A program made the translations under genes and the position numbers. 64,000 bases of DNA from the human T2T-CHM13v2.0 reference genome, Homo sapiens. Positions 37,878 to 52,295 of the stretch are shown one piece after another. The notes under the pieces are model-generated. The model had not been told where the DNA came from. It did no database searches and worked only from the letters and a program-made list of their open reading frames with translations. The stretch is from assembly GCF_009914755.1 (NCBI RefSeq), contig NC_060925.1; one strand, written 5' to 3'. Each line of letters begins with the position of its first letter. Position 1 is the stretch's first letter.

Positions 37878-39990
37878 TGAGTGAATGAACGTGATGTGTG
37901 TGGGGGCAAGAGTGTGTGAGTATGAATATATGTATGAATGAATGTGTGAGTGTATGATGTGTGTTGTATGACTCTGATGTTTGAGCGTGTGAAGTATGTG
38001 TGGTGTGTGTCTGAGGTGTGTGTAAGGGTGCAATGTATGTTGTGTGATACGTGTGTGGTGTGTGTGTGGTGTGTGGCTACAGTGTGAGTGTGTGTAGTGA
38101 GTGTGAACATGTAGTGTGTGGCTATGAGAGTGTGAGTGTGTTATGTGTAATGTGTCTGTGTGAATGTATGATGTGTGGCTATGAGTGTGTATGTGCTGTG
38201 TGGTATGTGTGTGAATGTAGGATGCGTGGCTGTGTGATGTATGTGTGTGTGTGAATGTGTGGTGTGCGGCTATGTGTGTGTGCTATGTGTTGTGTGTGGT
38301 ATGTAGTTATGAGTGTGTGTCACTGCGTGGTGTGTGGCTATGAGTGTGTGTGTGCACACTCTATGCTGTGTCTAGTGTGTGAGTGGTTGAGTGTGTGAGT
38401 GTGTGGTGTGTGGTTATGAGTGTGTGTGTTCTCTGTCTAGTGTGTGTGGTGTGTGGTTATGTGTGTGTGATTGTGTGTGTGGTGTGTGTCCATGAGTGTG
38501 TGTGTGCTCTGTAGAGTGTGTGAGTGTGTGGCGTGTGGCTATGAGTGTGTGTGTGCACTGTGGAGTGTGTGTGTGGTGTGTGGCTATGAGTGTGTGTGTG
38601 CTCTGTGGAGTGTGTGTGTGGTGTGTGGCTATGAGTGTGTGTGCTCTGTCTAGTGTGTGTGGTGTGTGGTTATGTGTGTGTGATTGTGTGTGTGATGTGT
38701 GTCCATGAGTGTGTGTGTGCTCTGTGGAGTGTGTGAATGTGTGGTGTGTGGCTATGAGTGTGTGTGAATGTGTGGTGTGTGGCTATGTGTGTGTGCTATG
38801 TGTTGTGTGTGGTATGTAGTTATGAGTGTGTGTCACTGCGTGGTGTGTGGCTATGAGTGTGTGTGTGCGCACTCTATGCTCTGTCTAGTGTGTGTGTGGT
38901 TGAGTGTGTGAGTGTGTGGTGTGTAGTTATGAGTGTGTGTGTTCTCTGTCTAGTGTGTGTGTGGTTATGTGTGTGTGATTGTGTGTGTGGTGTGTGTCCA
39001 TGAGTGTGTGTGTGCTCTGTAGAGTGTGTAAGTGTGTGGCGTGTGGCTATGAGTGTGTGTGTGCACTGTGGAGTGTGTGTGTGGTGTGTGGCTATGAGTG
39101 TGTGTGTGCTCTGTGGAGTGTGTGTGTGGTGTGTGGCTATGAGTGTGTGTGTGTGCTCTGTGGAGTGTGTGTGTGGTGTGTGGCTATGAGTGTGTGTGCT
39201 CTGTCTAGTGTGTGTGTGGTGTGTGGTTATGTGTGTGTGATTGTGTGTGTGATGTGTGTCCATGAGTGTGTGTGTGCTCCGTGGAGTGTGTGAATGTGTG
39301 GTGTGTGGCTATGAGTGTGTGTGAATGTGTGGTGTGTGGCTATGAGTGTGTGTGAATGTGTGGTGTGTGGCTATGTGTGTGTGCTATGTGTTGTGTGTGG
39401 TATGTAGTTATGAGTGTGTGTCACTGCGTGGTGTGTGGCTATGAGTGTGTGTGCGCACTCTATGCTCTGTCTAGTGTGTGTGTGGTTGAGTGTGTGAGTG
39501 TGTGGTGTGTAGTTATGAGTGTGTGTGTTCTCTGTCTAGTGTGTGTGGTGTGTGGTTATGTGTGTGTGATTGTGTGTGTGGTGTGTGTCCATGAGTGTGT
39601 GTGCTCTGTAGAGTGTGTGAGTGTGTGGCGTGTGGCTATGAGTGTGTGTGTGCACTGTGGAGTGTGTGTGTGGTGTGTGGCTATGAGTGTGTGTGTGCTC
39701 TGTGGAGTGTGTGTGTGGTGTGTGGCTACGAGTGTGTGTGTGCTCTGTCTAGTGTGTGTGGTGTGTGGTTATGTGTGTGGTGTGCATCCATGAGTGTGTG
39801 TATGCTCTGTGGAGTGTGTGTGTGGTGTGTGGTTGTGTGTGTGTGGTGTGCGTCCATGAGTGTGTGTGTGCTCTGTAGAGTGTGTGAGTGTGTGGTGTGT
39901 GGTTATGAGTGTGTGGTGTGTGGTTGAGTGTGTGTGTGTGGTGTGTGGTTGTGTGTGTGCTCTGTGGAGTGTGAGTGTGTGTGCATGTCT
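37878..39990 (+). repeat. TG-rich compound minisatellite/VNTR-like array
   Basis: Repeating units such as gtgtggtgtgtggctatgagtgtgtgtgtgctct; three higher-order blocks. Confidence 0.93.
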
Positions 39991-40921
39991 GTGAAGATCA
40001 GGGTTTGGCTGGGCTGAGGCTGGGGCCTGCCGGGCAGGGCGGAAGGTGTGTGGGATGGGAGTGGGCAGGAGAGCTTTTTGCATCACGTGTGGCCCAAGTG
40101 AAACCCTGAAAACATCCCATTAGGTTACAAGACTTAAGAGTTAGGGGTGTGAGGACGGCTGGGCAGGCGGCGAATGTCGGGAGTTTGAGGGGATCAAAAT
40201 CCCCAGAACTGGGCTTGTTCCATTTACCTTTAGCTGTTGCCCCTGGGTCATGGGGGTTGGGGCCCAAGGGAAGACTGACTGCTGGTGAAATTGTGAACTT
40301 TACAATTCTTACATCCTTATTTTCTTCTTTCTTTTTTTCTCGTCTAAGCTCGATTTCTCCTTTCTGACTCACAGGGCTACCATGGTGCCCTGGCACTCTT
40401 ACTCCCAGGGGAGTGTCTGCCAGGCTGGAGCACACCATGGGGCAAGGGAGCCAATGGCCCAACACCCTCTAGGGTCCAGAAGGGGTGAACCTGATGGAAA
40501 ACATTCACAGCCCCCCGACAGCGGGTGGAGGGAATAAATAATGCCAGATCCAATGGAAAGTGAAGTCCTTGAGGTGTGTTCATTCGCTCTGTATGATGAC
40601 CTTTTAGCTTAGGCTCTGCCATCCTCCCTATGTTACAGATGGGCTAAGAAGAACGTTTCTCGTAAGGCAGTTGTGAGGATCACATGAGGCAAGTGTTACA
40701 AGGGACTCAGCACACAGCCTGCGATGTGGTCAGAGTGCAGTGGAGATGAGCCACCGCCACTGGGTGGAGCTTGTTGTCATGGGTTCTGCTTGGTTATTGC
40801 TTTTCTCTGCTTTGACCTCCGCATGGCCGGGTTACAAGGGCCATTTTCTGGGCCTTCCCAAACTGAGGGCCTCCATCCTCAGGTGGTCCTCTCCATGACC
40901 CAACACTGTTCTCTGCAATGA

Positions 40922-41413
<492 letters not shown>

Positions 41414-42064
41414 ATGTGACTTTTTTAAAGATAATAAATGGTAGGATTTTGATGACTAAGATTTCTTTCCTGACTATGGCCATATTCCTATTGGAGTTCT
41501 GAGGTTAAAACTCCAAATATGCAGGACTTTTGGATCAACTTCAATGTGACATAACAGCAACAACCTGGATTTTAGGATATTCATGTCCCTGTATCTAGGA
41601 CAAAGATTTTTGGCTCTAGGGAGAGTGGCTTGGCTGCCCTTTTAAGAATCAGCCTTGGAAGAGACACTCCAGAGCTGCTTGGCTCCTATACCGATGATCC
41701 TCTCTCCATGCCTGCCTTGCTCCACAGCCTGCTGGGACCTTTGGTCTCAGTCTCACAGCTTGCCTCTCAGCATGTCCACTGTCCACTTAGACATGTAGCC
41801 TTTTTGAGATGATCTCTTATTTTTGTTGCGCAGACTCCTTAGTAGAGATAATTATTTTAGGAAAGCTGGGAGGGATGGGGTGGGAAACTCTACTTGTTTC
41901 TCTGCCTGGGGGACCGGTTTCATAGACCATAGCACAGTCAGTTCCTCTCGCTGCTGTTTAATGTTCTTAGGAGAGATGTTCTGTCTTGAGTTTTGGAAAA
42001 GTCTAAATCAGAGATCTATTTTTTAGCTTTACAAAACAAAATCAATTGCTATAAACAAGTTCCT

Positions 42065-42182
42065 GGCTGGGTGCAGTGGCTCACGCCTGTCGTCCCCATG
42101 CTTTGGGAGGCAGAGGCAGAAGGATTGCTTGAGGCCAGGAGTTCCAGACCAGCCTGGGCAACAAACAAGACCCTGTCTCTAC

Positions 42183-42225
<43 letters not shown>
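42065..42225 (+). mobile_element. Alu left monomer (FLAM-like) with A42 tail
   Basis: Monomer followed by 42 consecutive A. Confidence 0.8.
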
Positions 42226-42227
<2 letters not shown>

Positions 42228-43253
42228 CCTAACCACTGTTTGGCCTTAATAATGCCCAGCAGTGGTTGAGCATTAATAATAGTTGGGCCTTCATAATAGT
42301 CCTGTTGGGCCTTAATAATAGTCCTGTCTTTACATATTGGACTTTTAAAAAAGAATAAACATTAAGATAATTCAAGAACTTGGGAAAGATTTCCTTGTCA
42401 TCAAATGTTTAAACAGTTCCTTGAATGCTCGGGGCCACTGACCGTTGCTAATTGGTTTATCATCATCAATCCTGCAGTTTATGGTCACTCCCCTATACTA
42501 AGCTGAATCATATCCTCTCCAAACTCACGTCCACTGGAACCTATGAACTAGCTTCCTTATTTAAAAGGGTTTCTTGTGCTACACGGGGAGCAGATGGACT
42601 TTGAGCCTTACTGACAATATCACTTAGGAATAATATAAGATCGCTTTTGGCTTTAGTGACATTTCTTGACCTTTGCTTCAAAGGGCTGGGATAGGCTACA
42701 CGAGTTCAGGACTGGCTCGCTGGTTATTGCAATGCGTACAGAAGTTGCATCTTAATCCTCTACCATAAACATGGCCCTTTGGTGAGTCAGAGAACAGCTT
42801 CCTGGAAGGGTAAGACAGTGGTAGTTTCTGACACACCTGTCATTTTGATCCTCCTGGAACGATTTGCTGTCATTCCAGAAGGTATGCATCCCCATCACAG
42901 AAGAAAGAAAAAAACATTTCTGATGCCCCCTCTTCTGGCTGGATAGAAGCCCAAGACTCTGACCCAGGTCAGGGCCTGGGAACTGAGACTGGAGTACTGC
43001 AGTTAGTGGGGCTGGAGGGAACACCAAAGGAGGCCTGAAGTCTGAGTCCCAGGAAAAGGTAGGCTTGGGAAGCTCATAGCATCCACAGCATTATGTTTAA
43101 GGCCTGGGTGGAAGCAAAGGTTCACATCAGGCAGGATGGCAGACTGGGGAGAACTCTCTTGCAGAGAGAACTCTCCACACACAGAAGCCCTGTGGAAGAG
43201 TCTAGGGGTGAGATGGGGGGCTAGCTGCCAACAGACAGCTTGGGCAGCCCTTA

Positions 43254-43660
<407 letters not shown>

Positions 43661-43739
43661 AGCTCTGAAGAGGCTGTCTGGGAGACAGAAGGTATTGGGT
43701 GCAAATACAGTCTGAGCCTCGTTGGTGGCAATCACAGTC

Positions 43740-43745
43740 TTTAAT
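43740..43745 (-). terminator. PIGR: Probable PIGR poly(A) signal (ATTAAA)
   Basis: TTTAAT on + strand ~1.8 kb beyond the stop codon. Confidence 0.6.
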
Positions 43746-44149
43746 CATTAATTGTCATATTTCTGATTTGTTAGCAAGTGCCAGCTTGTAGGCTGGTTGA
43801 AGTACAGAACTCAGAGGAAAAAAGAAATTAAATTTTAGCTTTCTGGAGAGCAGCCCCTCTCTGGCACCATCAAACACTTCTTTGTTTCCCTTCAACTTGG
43901 AACTCTTCAAACATCAGGGGTTGTGAGGGTTTGGCCATTCTTTTATCTTGGGTCCATGTGAGTGACAGAAATGGTGCGGCCTGGGAAAGATCTCCCTCCT
44001 TTACATTTTCTCTTCTCCCTCCTCCTCCTTATTCTAAAACTGTGCCTCCAACAGAGGGGCAGGGGCTCTTGTAGAGAGATCCCTGGCCCAGGACAGGAGA
44101 TGCCAAATCTAATTTATCTCACTGAGGGCCTTTGAGAAAAACGCTTCAG

Positions 44150-44848
<699 letters not shown>

Positions 44849-45517
44849 TCATCATACATGACCCCTAAGGCCTTAGGACTCGAGACATTTTATGACCTCT
44901 CCCAATAGGGGCAGAGGTGAGCACCCCTGGTGAAAAGTTAAGACTCAGTGAGTATAAATACGCCAAGAAGAGCTGTGGCTTCTTTCACTGGTGTCCTCAG
45001 AAAGGCTGTGAGCAGTGTTGGTGGCATACCTGTCACAGCATCTAGCAAAGCACCTGAATTCTAGTATGAATTCAAATACATCTTTTGATGGAAGGAAAGA
45101 AGAAGAGGGGAAGGACGGGAGGGAGGGATGGAGTGGAGGGAAAAATTCTGTTGACATCCCATGATAAGGGTGCAGAGGGGCGCTGCACGTCTCTCCTTTC
45201 TGCAATCAGCTCTCCCACCCTGGTCCCTCTTCCTTCAAGGGACCCATGAGGACCTCTATTCTTCTCCGTACCTGAGGTTCTCTCAACAGAAAGAAGTTGC
45301 AAGTGGGACCTCCTCATGCCACCCTCATCCCCAATAGGAACAATTAGGCCAGGCTTTGATGTCACTGAGGAGGGGACCAGCACGCCTCTGAGGACAGTAG
45401 GAAAAACCTAGGCAGGTGTTAGAGCAGGGAGTGGGGTCCCCAGGAGCTGAGGGCCCCAGGATCGACATGATTCTGAAGGTGATTGTCATGGGTGCAGGGA
45501 GCAGGCGGCGACACCGT

Positions 45518-45613
45518 CTAGGCTTCCTGGGGGCCGTCCTGGGCCTCGGCGGCCACGGTGCTGGACTGGAGCAGGAAGTCTTTGTAGGCCATCTCGGCTT
45601 CCTCCTTGGATGA
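45518..45613 (-). CDS. PIGR: Polymeric immunoglobulin receptor, exon 11 to stop
   Basis: SSKEEAEMAYKDFLLQSSTVAAEAQDGPQEA*. Confidence 0.96.
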   Translation of the reverse strand, partial: SSKEEAEMAYKDFLLQSSTVAAEAQDGPQEA

Positions 45614-46696
45614 CTAAGGGGCAAGAGGAGAGGCATCAGTGTTGGGGGCACTGGCTCAGTGGGTGGAGTCAGGGGAGGGGAGGTGCTTAATGTCCTGAAT
45701 TCGTGATCTTGGTCCAAGCAACACAAGCCTTTGGGGCCCACTGTTCTCATCCCAGCCCCCATGCTCACCAAGAAGGACGCATTTTGAGAAATGGAAAGTT
45801 GCAGCCTCTAAAAATATCTTCTTCTGTCTCACTACCTCCTTCTGACACACGGAGTGGAACCGCCTCTGTTGCCCGGGCCTGTCCCCGGAAGCTGCCCACA
45901 CAGTCCACGGGCAAGGTGGCCTAGGCTGGGGTCAACCACGGTGGTGTATGTTTTTCTTTCTCCACCAGCCCAGACAGGTAGCTTTTTGGCACCACAAAGT
46001 TAAAGGGGAAGGCTGTCCCAGGAATAACTCGTTCTAACTTTGCTAAATGCCAGAGATGTTTCAAGAAAAAGTAGATATGATAAAAACAACAACAACAACA
46101 ACAAAAACTCTCACCTCGGGATTAAAGGCATGAGATGTTATTTTTCTTGGTCCCCTGAGTCCTAGGGCAGATTGAGGGGATGGTATATGGCACCCAAGGC
46201 AGGAGTTGCCTCTGGTGGGGCTTCAAGAGAAGTGAGCAGGGGCTTCTAGCCTCAAACTGCCCACCGCAAGCAAATGTCTCCTAGGCCCAGGCAAAAAGCT
46301 GGTCCTGAGCAAACCCTCAAGGGAGGATGTGTGGCCTGAGGTCCTTGGGTCCCCCAACCCAGGAAGAGCATCCATTTAATCACCAGCATTTGGCATTGTA
46401 GCTTCCCATCTTTTATGCACCTGCTTTCCTCATCTCCTGGCCTGCCTCTCTCCTGCAGTTTTACAGCCTAATCATATAGCTCACCTCCTTCCTGGGCCTT
46501 ATCCACATCAGCATCCCACAACCAGTAAGATATAGTTCTTCCTCAAAAAGTCCTGAGGACTCCTGAGGACTATTTATATCATCCTCCCTATTCTGGGATC
46601 GGCCCCCATGTTGAGGTAGTTCTTTCTGAAGTCTAACTGCATCCCCTCATGCTGCATTTCTTTGTCATGTAGTGGGGCTTCCTTCTTCCTCCTCAC

Positions 46697-46755
46697 CCTT
46701 TTTGCCTTCTTGGGTTCTTTGGTCTCTGTGGTGCTCTCAGTGGTGGCAACAAACT
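46697..46755 (-). CDS. PIGR: Polymeric immunoglobulin receptor, exon 10
   Basis: EFVATTESTTETKEPKKAKR. Confidence 0.94.
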
Positions 46756-46870
46756 CTGTGTGAAGAAAGAGGGTAGGTTAGCCCTTACTAGCCTCCTTTT
46801 CCCAACCCAGATGTGAGACCAATTCTTACTCTCCCCAGGGGCTGAGCATTCCCTTGAGTGAGGGTCATAC

Positions 46871-47002
46871 CTTCTTTTCCTCCGAGGGATGTCTCCTGAG
46901 TGATCGAAGAGGCTCCCATGTTGTCATTGGCTCCAAATTCCCTGGAGTTCTCGAAGTCTGACATGCTAATGTCTGTCCTGTAGCTTCTGATTGAAACTCG
47001 GT
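46871..47002 (-). CDS. PIGR: Polymeric immunoglobulin receptor, exon 9
   Basis: DRVSIRSYRTDISMSDFENSREFGANDNMGASSITQETSLGGKE. Confidence 0.96.
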
Positions 47003-47655
47003 CTGTCCGGGAGGAAGAGGAGTTGGTGTAAGGACAGGGGCTGGGACCTAGAAGGCCAGGCTGGGCTGCTTCTCTCTGGGCGGATCCACTGTAGCCCTGC
47101 AGGACAGCTGAGGTGGTGCAGCTCTGACTATGACCCAGGGGGATGGAAATGATCCGAGTCTCCTCCCCAGTCCCTTTTCCTGGGTAATCAGGACTTGGTA
47201 ATCCCTGATCTTTGTCACTCTGGGACCTTTCAATGCACAGCATCTCCTTTGGTCCTCACATCAGCCCCGTGAGGTCCTGATTATCATCCTTGACTTGAGC
47301 CATGAGGAAACTGAGGCATGGCATAAGGATGGCTCAATGTCACACAGCTCATTAGTTATCCAATTAGTCCAAGCCCAGGGTCTCCTGAAACCCAATCTCC
47401 TCTTCCTGGCAGCCCTGTCTCTGAACCTAGATCCTGGGTAATTGGAGATGATTTTCCAGTGTTAGTATTTGGACAGCAGCTCTGAATTTCAGTTTCGAGT
47501 ATGTGTGGGTTTATCTTTCCCCATCCTGCTTTCTCGGGATCCTTTGTTTTAGCTCATGAAAAAGAAGAGACACAGCAGCTTCCTCTATGGGTGGATGATT
47601 CAGGACTGAGGGCTCGGGTTGGAGGTGGGAGGCAGGGAGTATCCCAGGGACTCAC

Positions 47656-47777
47656 CGACGTTCTTCCTGTGCCGGGCTCTGGCCACCCCCACAGCCACGG
47701 CTCCCACTGCCAGCACCAGGCCCAGGGGCACCAGGGTGGAGACCAGCGCTCTGGAGCTTCCACCTTGTTCCTCAGAG
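47656..47777 (-). CDS. PIGR: Polymeric immunoglobulin receptor, exon 8 (transmembrane)
   Basis: SSEEQGGSSRALVSTLVPLGLVLAVGAVAVGVARARHRKNV. Confidence 0.96.
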
Positions 47778-48185
47778 CTGGAAGAAGGCTTAAGTTAGTT
47801 CATCCCTGGAAGGGAGATCTGGGGGCCCGACGATGTGCTGGCAAGGTTGGCTTAGTCCTTTTTCCTCCCAGGTTTATCCACCCCACCCTGCTGATGCAGC
47901 TCCCTAGCTCTGTTCTTCTAAGAAGCCTTCCCAGACTGGCAAAGGCACGCACTGGGCCTTGTTGCATCCTAGGCCTGGAAGATTGAACTGAATTGTAAAC
48001 ACCTCCCCAGCCATGGGAGAAGGGCAGAGGGTACCATAGGACCCTCCCACATATAAGCAGAGGTAGTAAGGGCTGCCCCAGTGCTCAAGAGACAGATGGG
48101 CTTTCCTCCTTGGACCTGGTGGCCCAGCCTCAGGTGCTCGGCTCTGGGGTGTTCTCCGAGTGGGGAGCCTTGAATCCTTCCTTAC

Positions 48186-48366
48186 CTGCCGGAATCCACA
48201 GATGCTCTGCTCCCATCGGCTTGATCTCTTGTATCTGCCACCGCCTTTTCCTCTGCAAAAAGCCTGGGATCCTGAATGGCTTTGTTCTCAATCTCCCGAA
48301 AACCAGAGTCTAGCACCTTCTCATCAGGAGCAGCGTCTGCCTTCGCTAGGCTGACATCGCGGGACC
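48186..48366 (-). CDS. PIGR: Polymeric immunoglobulin receptor, exon 7 (linker/cleavage region)
   Basis: GSRDVSLAKADAAPDEKVLDSGFREIENKAIQDPRLFAEEKAVADTRDQADGSRASVDSG. Confidence 0.96.
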
Positions 48367-49029
48367 CTGCAGCAGGGAAGAGTGGGCCTGGGTTGTGATT
48401 TTTCTCTATGCTCTTACTCCTCGAGGTGAAGGAGTCTGGGGGAGACTTCATGAGGAATCACAGGGTCAGGGTTCGATCTCAAGGCTGTTGGGGTAGGACC
48501 CAGGATGACATTAGAAACAGCTGTGATGGCCTTCTTCAGCTGTCACAGATGATCTCTGCCCCATTACTACCAAAAGTATAGTGGGGACCTTCAAGGCTTC
48601 GTGTCATAGACCAGCTGTGCATAAAGGCTGACCCATCACTTATGCCCGGGAGATTTTCAAGGCTCTGAGACGCTGCCCCAGGCTTCCTGACTGCCCAGCT
48701 GGGTATGATAGTGCTGCCCCCTGGAGGTAGCCTGGCGATGGGCCCCTCAGTGAGTCCCATCCGCAGGGTCCAGACCCAATAGGATTTCTTGAGGGACTAC
48801 AAATACCCTTATTAGGGCTAAAACATTTCATGTGAAATTTTAAAAGGGGACTTGAAATGCAAATTTACTAGATGTTTCCTAATTTTCCTGATCAGACCTT
48901 GTAAATGAAGGTATCTGGCCCTCTTTCGAGGGCGAGCTTTGGCAGGGGGAAGGGGGATGAACATATTGCATATGACAGTGATGTATGCATATTATTCTTC
49001 TATACAGAGAAGAATATTTCCAGATATAG

Positions 49030-49362
<333 letters not shown>

Positions 49363-49620
49363 GGGAGTTGTCTTAATGCCGAGGTTAAATAGCAAACCCA
49401 CTATTTTTACTTAGTTGGTATGTTTATTTGAGATGTCCCTTTTGAAGGGCTCAACGAGGCTATATAGGACCTAAATGTCCCCTCCCTTCCCACTCTCCAC
49501 TTTCAGCCTCTTACAGCCAAACATAGGGGCCAGCACTGATTGAGAAGCTCTCAGGCAGGGGCCTTCAGGAAGTCCTGCCTCTGGGTCTGAGGGGTGCAGG
49601 CCCTGTCCTTGGAGACTCAC

Positions 49621-49947
49621 CCGCTGCCTTCCTCTCTTCAACTGCCACATAGACGGCTGCAGTCTCTCCATAGAAGTGGCCCTGCTTCACTCCACACCAG
49701 TACCAGCCCTCATCAGCCCTGGTCACCAGGTTCAGGGTCAGGGAGACAAGCCGGCTGTTCTCGTCACAGTTCACGAAGGCCTTGCTGGGGCCTTCGTCTT
49801 GGCTGGGCAGGGCCTGGCAGCCCGTGTTATTCCACTTGCACCAGTATTTCTCGTACGAGGAGAATTTGCATGGAAAGTGACAGGGGACCTTGAGAGTCTC
49901 TCCCAGCACAGCCGTGACATTCCCTGGTACCTTGAGGTTTGGTTCTC
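49621..49947 (-). CDS. PIGR: Polymeric immunoglobulin receptor, exon 6 (Ig D5)
   Basis: GEPNLKVPGNVTAVLGETLKVPCHFPCKFSSYEKYWCKW...ADEGWYWCGVKQ...RKAA. Confidence 0.97.
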
Positions 49948-50060
49948 CTGGAGGAGGGAGGGAGGTAGAAATAAACACAGAAGTTGGTACTTGGAGATGC
50001 TGCAGGGAAGTGACTCTGGTGGGAATCTTTGTCCACATGTCATATACATATATATATATA

Positions 50061-50222
50061 TTTTTGTTTTTGTTTTTGAGACAAGGTCTCTCTCTGTCAC
50101 CCAGGCTGGAGGGTAGTGGTGCGATCATAGCTCACTGCAGCCTCCATCTCCTGGGCTCAAGCAATCTTCCTGTCTTGGCCTCCCAAGGTGCTGAGATTAC
50201 AGGCATGCACCACCATGTTCAG
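50061..50222 (-). mobile_element. Partial Alu (right-monomer/FRAM-like)
   Basis: Reverse-complement monomer with (TTTTTG)n/(TA)n tail. Confidence 0.75.
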
Positions 50223-50686
50223 TCTACATATCCTCTTTGGATAGCATTAGAAATAAGTATGTTATTCTGACTACAGAAGAAATGTAATTGTGTGCCTAGG
50301 TAATAATTATTATTGATGAGCACCATGATCAATCCAGAGTCTACCATAGACCATAGATCTTCACACATGGACTTCAGTTTGCTTTCCTCACTCTTCCTTC
50401 TCTTCTAGACTCAATACAAAGAGGTATCTGCAATCCTTGACTTCAGCTGATGCCTGCACACTGCGAAAGAAGCCCATGTTCTTGGTAGTAGGAGGTACCA
50501 TGTATGGTAATTCAGAGTGTAAGGTGCGTGTTATAGGCATGAAAATGTGACCTCTGGATAGGTGGGCTCCCTCCTGAGGTCTGGCCCATCAGGGTGGAGG
50601 CGGGTGAAAAAGGAGGAAGAGTGGTTGGGGATGCTGCTGCTGGCTGGAGAGGTTTTAGAGCTTTCTCCCTCCCTGTCAACTCCTAC

Positions 50687-51019
50687 CTTCGATAATCTTG
50701 ATCTCCACGGTGGTCCTCCAGAGAGTATCGCCGTTGGTCAGACACCAGTAGAAGCCGGCGTCCCGGCTGGTGAGCTGGTTGAGGATGACAGTGAAGGTGC
50801 CGTTGCCTGGCTCCTCCAGCAGGGAGAGGCGGCCCTCGTACTGGGCCTTAACCCACCCCTCGCTGTCCACCAGCAGGGGGCAGCGGCCATTCTGGGCCCC
50901 TTCCCAGAGACACCAGTACTTGATGCTTTTGCTTTCCTTACGGTTGTAGGGGCAGAGCACGGCCACAGAGCCTCCTGCCACCCCCTTCACCACAGTGGGG
51001 CTGCGGGGAATCGTGGACT
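50687..51019 (-). CDS. PIGR: Polymeric immunoglobulin receptor, exon 5 (Ig D4)
   Basis: ESTIPRSPTVVKGVAGGSVAVLCPYNRKESKSIKYWCLW...DAGFYWCLTNG...IIE. Confidence 0.97.
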
Positions 51020-52295
51020 CTGGAAGCACAGACAGAGATGGGATGGGAGGATGGCCACGCAGGAAGAGCCTTGCGTGGCCTGAGAAGCCTTCTTCCCGGG
51101 GTCTCAGCCAGGATGGGGAGTGAAGTTTACACGCATCACCTTACCCTCTTCAGAAAATGAAAAGGAGCTTTCCTAATGTCACAGAGCCTGCAGCTGGAGC
51201 CATCAGGGCCAGACTCCAAGGGCTTGGAGTCTCCCCATCAGCCTGCACATGTTGTTCTTTTCCCCCATCTTATTCTGAGCAGAGAATGGAAGGAGTTGAA
51301 GGAGAGGATATCAGCTCTTCTTTGGCTTCTTACAAAGTCTCCCTCTGTGTAGGTTTTTGTCTATTTAGTACACTAACAAGTGTATTCCACAAAAGTGGCC
51401 CAATGGATTATGCCCAAATCAAGAAAATATATTTAGGATGGTATGATGTAAACTATAAAGTATGTAGCAAAGGTGAGCTTAATTGTTGGGGCCCCAAGGG
51501 GCATCTCAAAGACGATAGCCATTCTCCAGGCAGCTAAAGCTGAGGTCCAGAGAGAAGCAGGTGACCAAAGATGCAGGGGATTCTGGTGAAAACCCAGAGC
51601 TGGATGTGGACATGGCATGCAGAGAATATAAGCCCCTTTAAAAAAAAAAAGTCACAAGCACAGATACTTGGAACTGCAAGTACTGGTTTGCTGCTTCTCA
51701 CGAGGGCAACTCTATGCAGGGTGCTCTGGGATGAGAAGGAGCTGGGATTTAATTCTTTCACCATGCTGATGGCTCACTGGAGTAGGGCTGAGTGGGCCAG
51801 ATGGTGCTGAAATTCACAAATAACCCTACGAAATGTGACAGTGAAACATTTAGAGGCTGGGGCACTCCTGGGAACGCATTGAGACCAAGATAAGCCAATC
51901 CTTTTTCCATCTGAATGTGAGGGATGAGGCACCCATCTTGTTCAGGGGCCAGGGGAGGGGACAGAGGACCCCTGCAGAGCCTGCCACAGCCCTGAAACAC
52001 AGTCTATAAGTCCTGCCTCAATCAAGAGCTTTACTCACCTCTTGCTTGTTAAGCAGGGACAGCCATCAAAATGACTTTGATAACAGAAGAGTAATTAGGA
52101 GCTGCCATCAGGCAGAGGTTGCTTTTTCTTGCTGTCCTGTGCAGCAGCCCACGCAGCCTCCAGTTCGGGGCTGGTCATTGAGTGGATGCTGTTGGCTGAT
52201 TGATGACTATTGATGAATACACTCAGAGGGAGCTGAGCTTGGCTCTCACCTGCGAGACTGCCCCACCTACTCCCCCTCCCTCTCTAGGGTCTTAC

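Noticed and set aside
38250-39800. Repeat array considered as CRISPR-like
   Set aside because: No unique spacers, no cas genes, human context; it is a compound minisatellite
37770-40086. Many Cys/Val- or His/Thr-rich ORFs
   Set aside because: Translation artefacts of the TG/CA array
48332-48334. PIGR codon 580 (GCT, Ala), a known polymorphic position
   Set aside because: Ordinary Ala allele; nothing unusual
49676-51083. + strand ORFs of 146 and 173 aa
   Set aside because: Antisense shadows of PIGR exons 5-6
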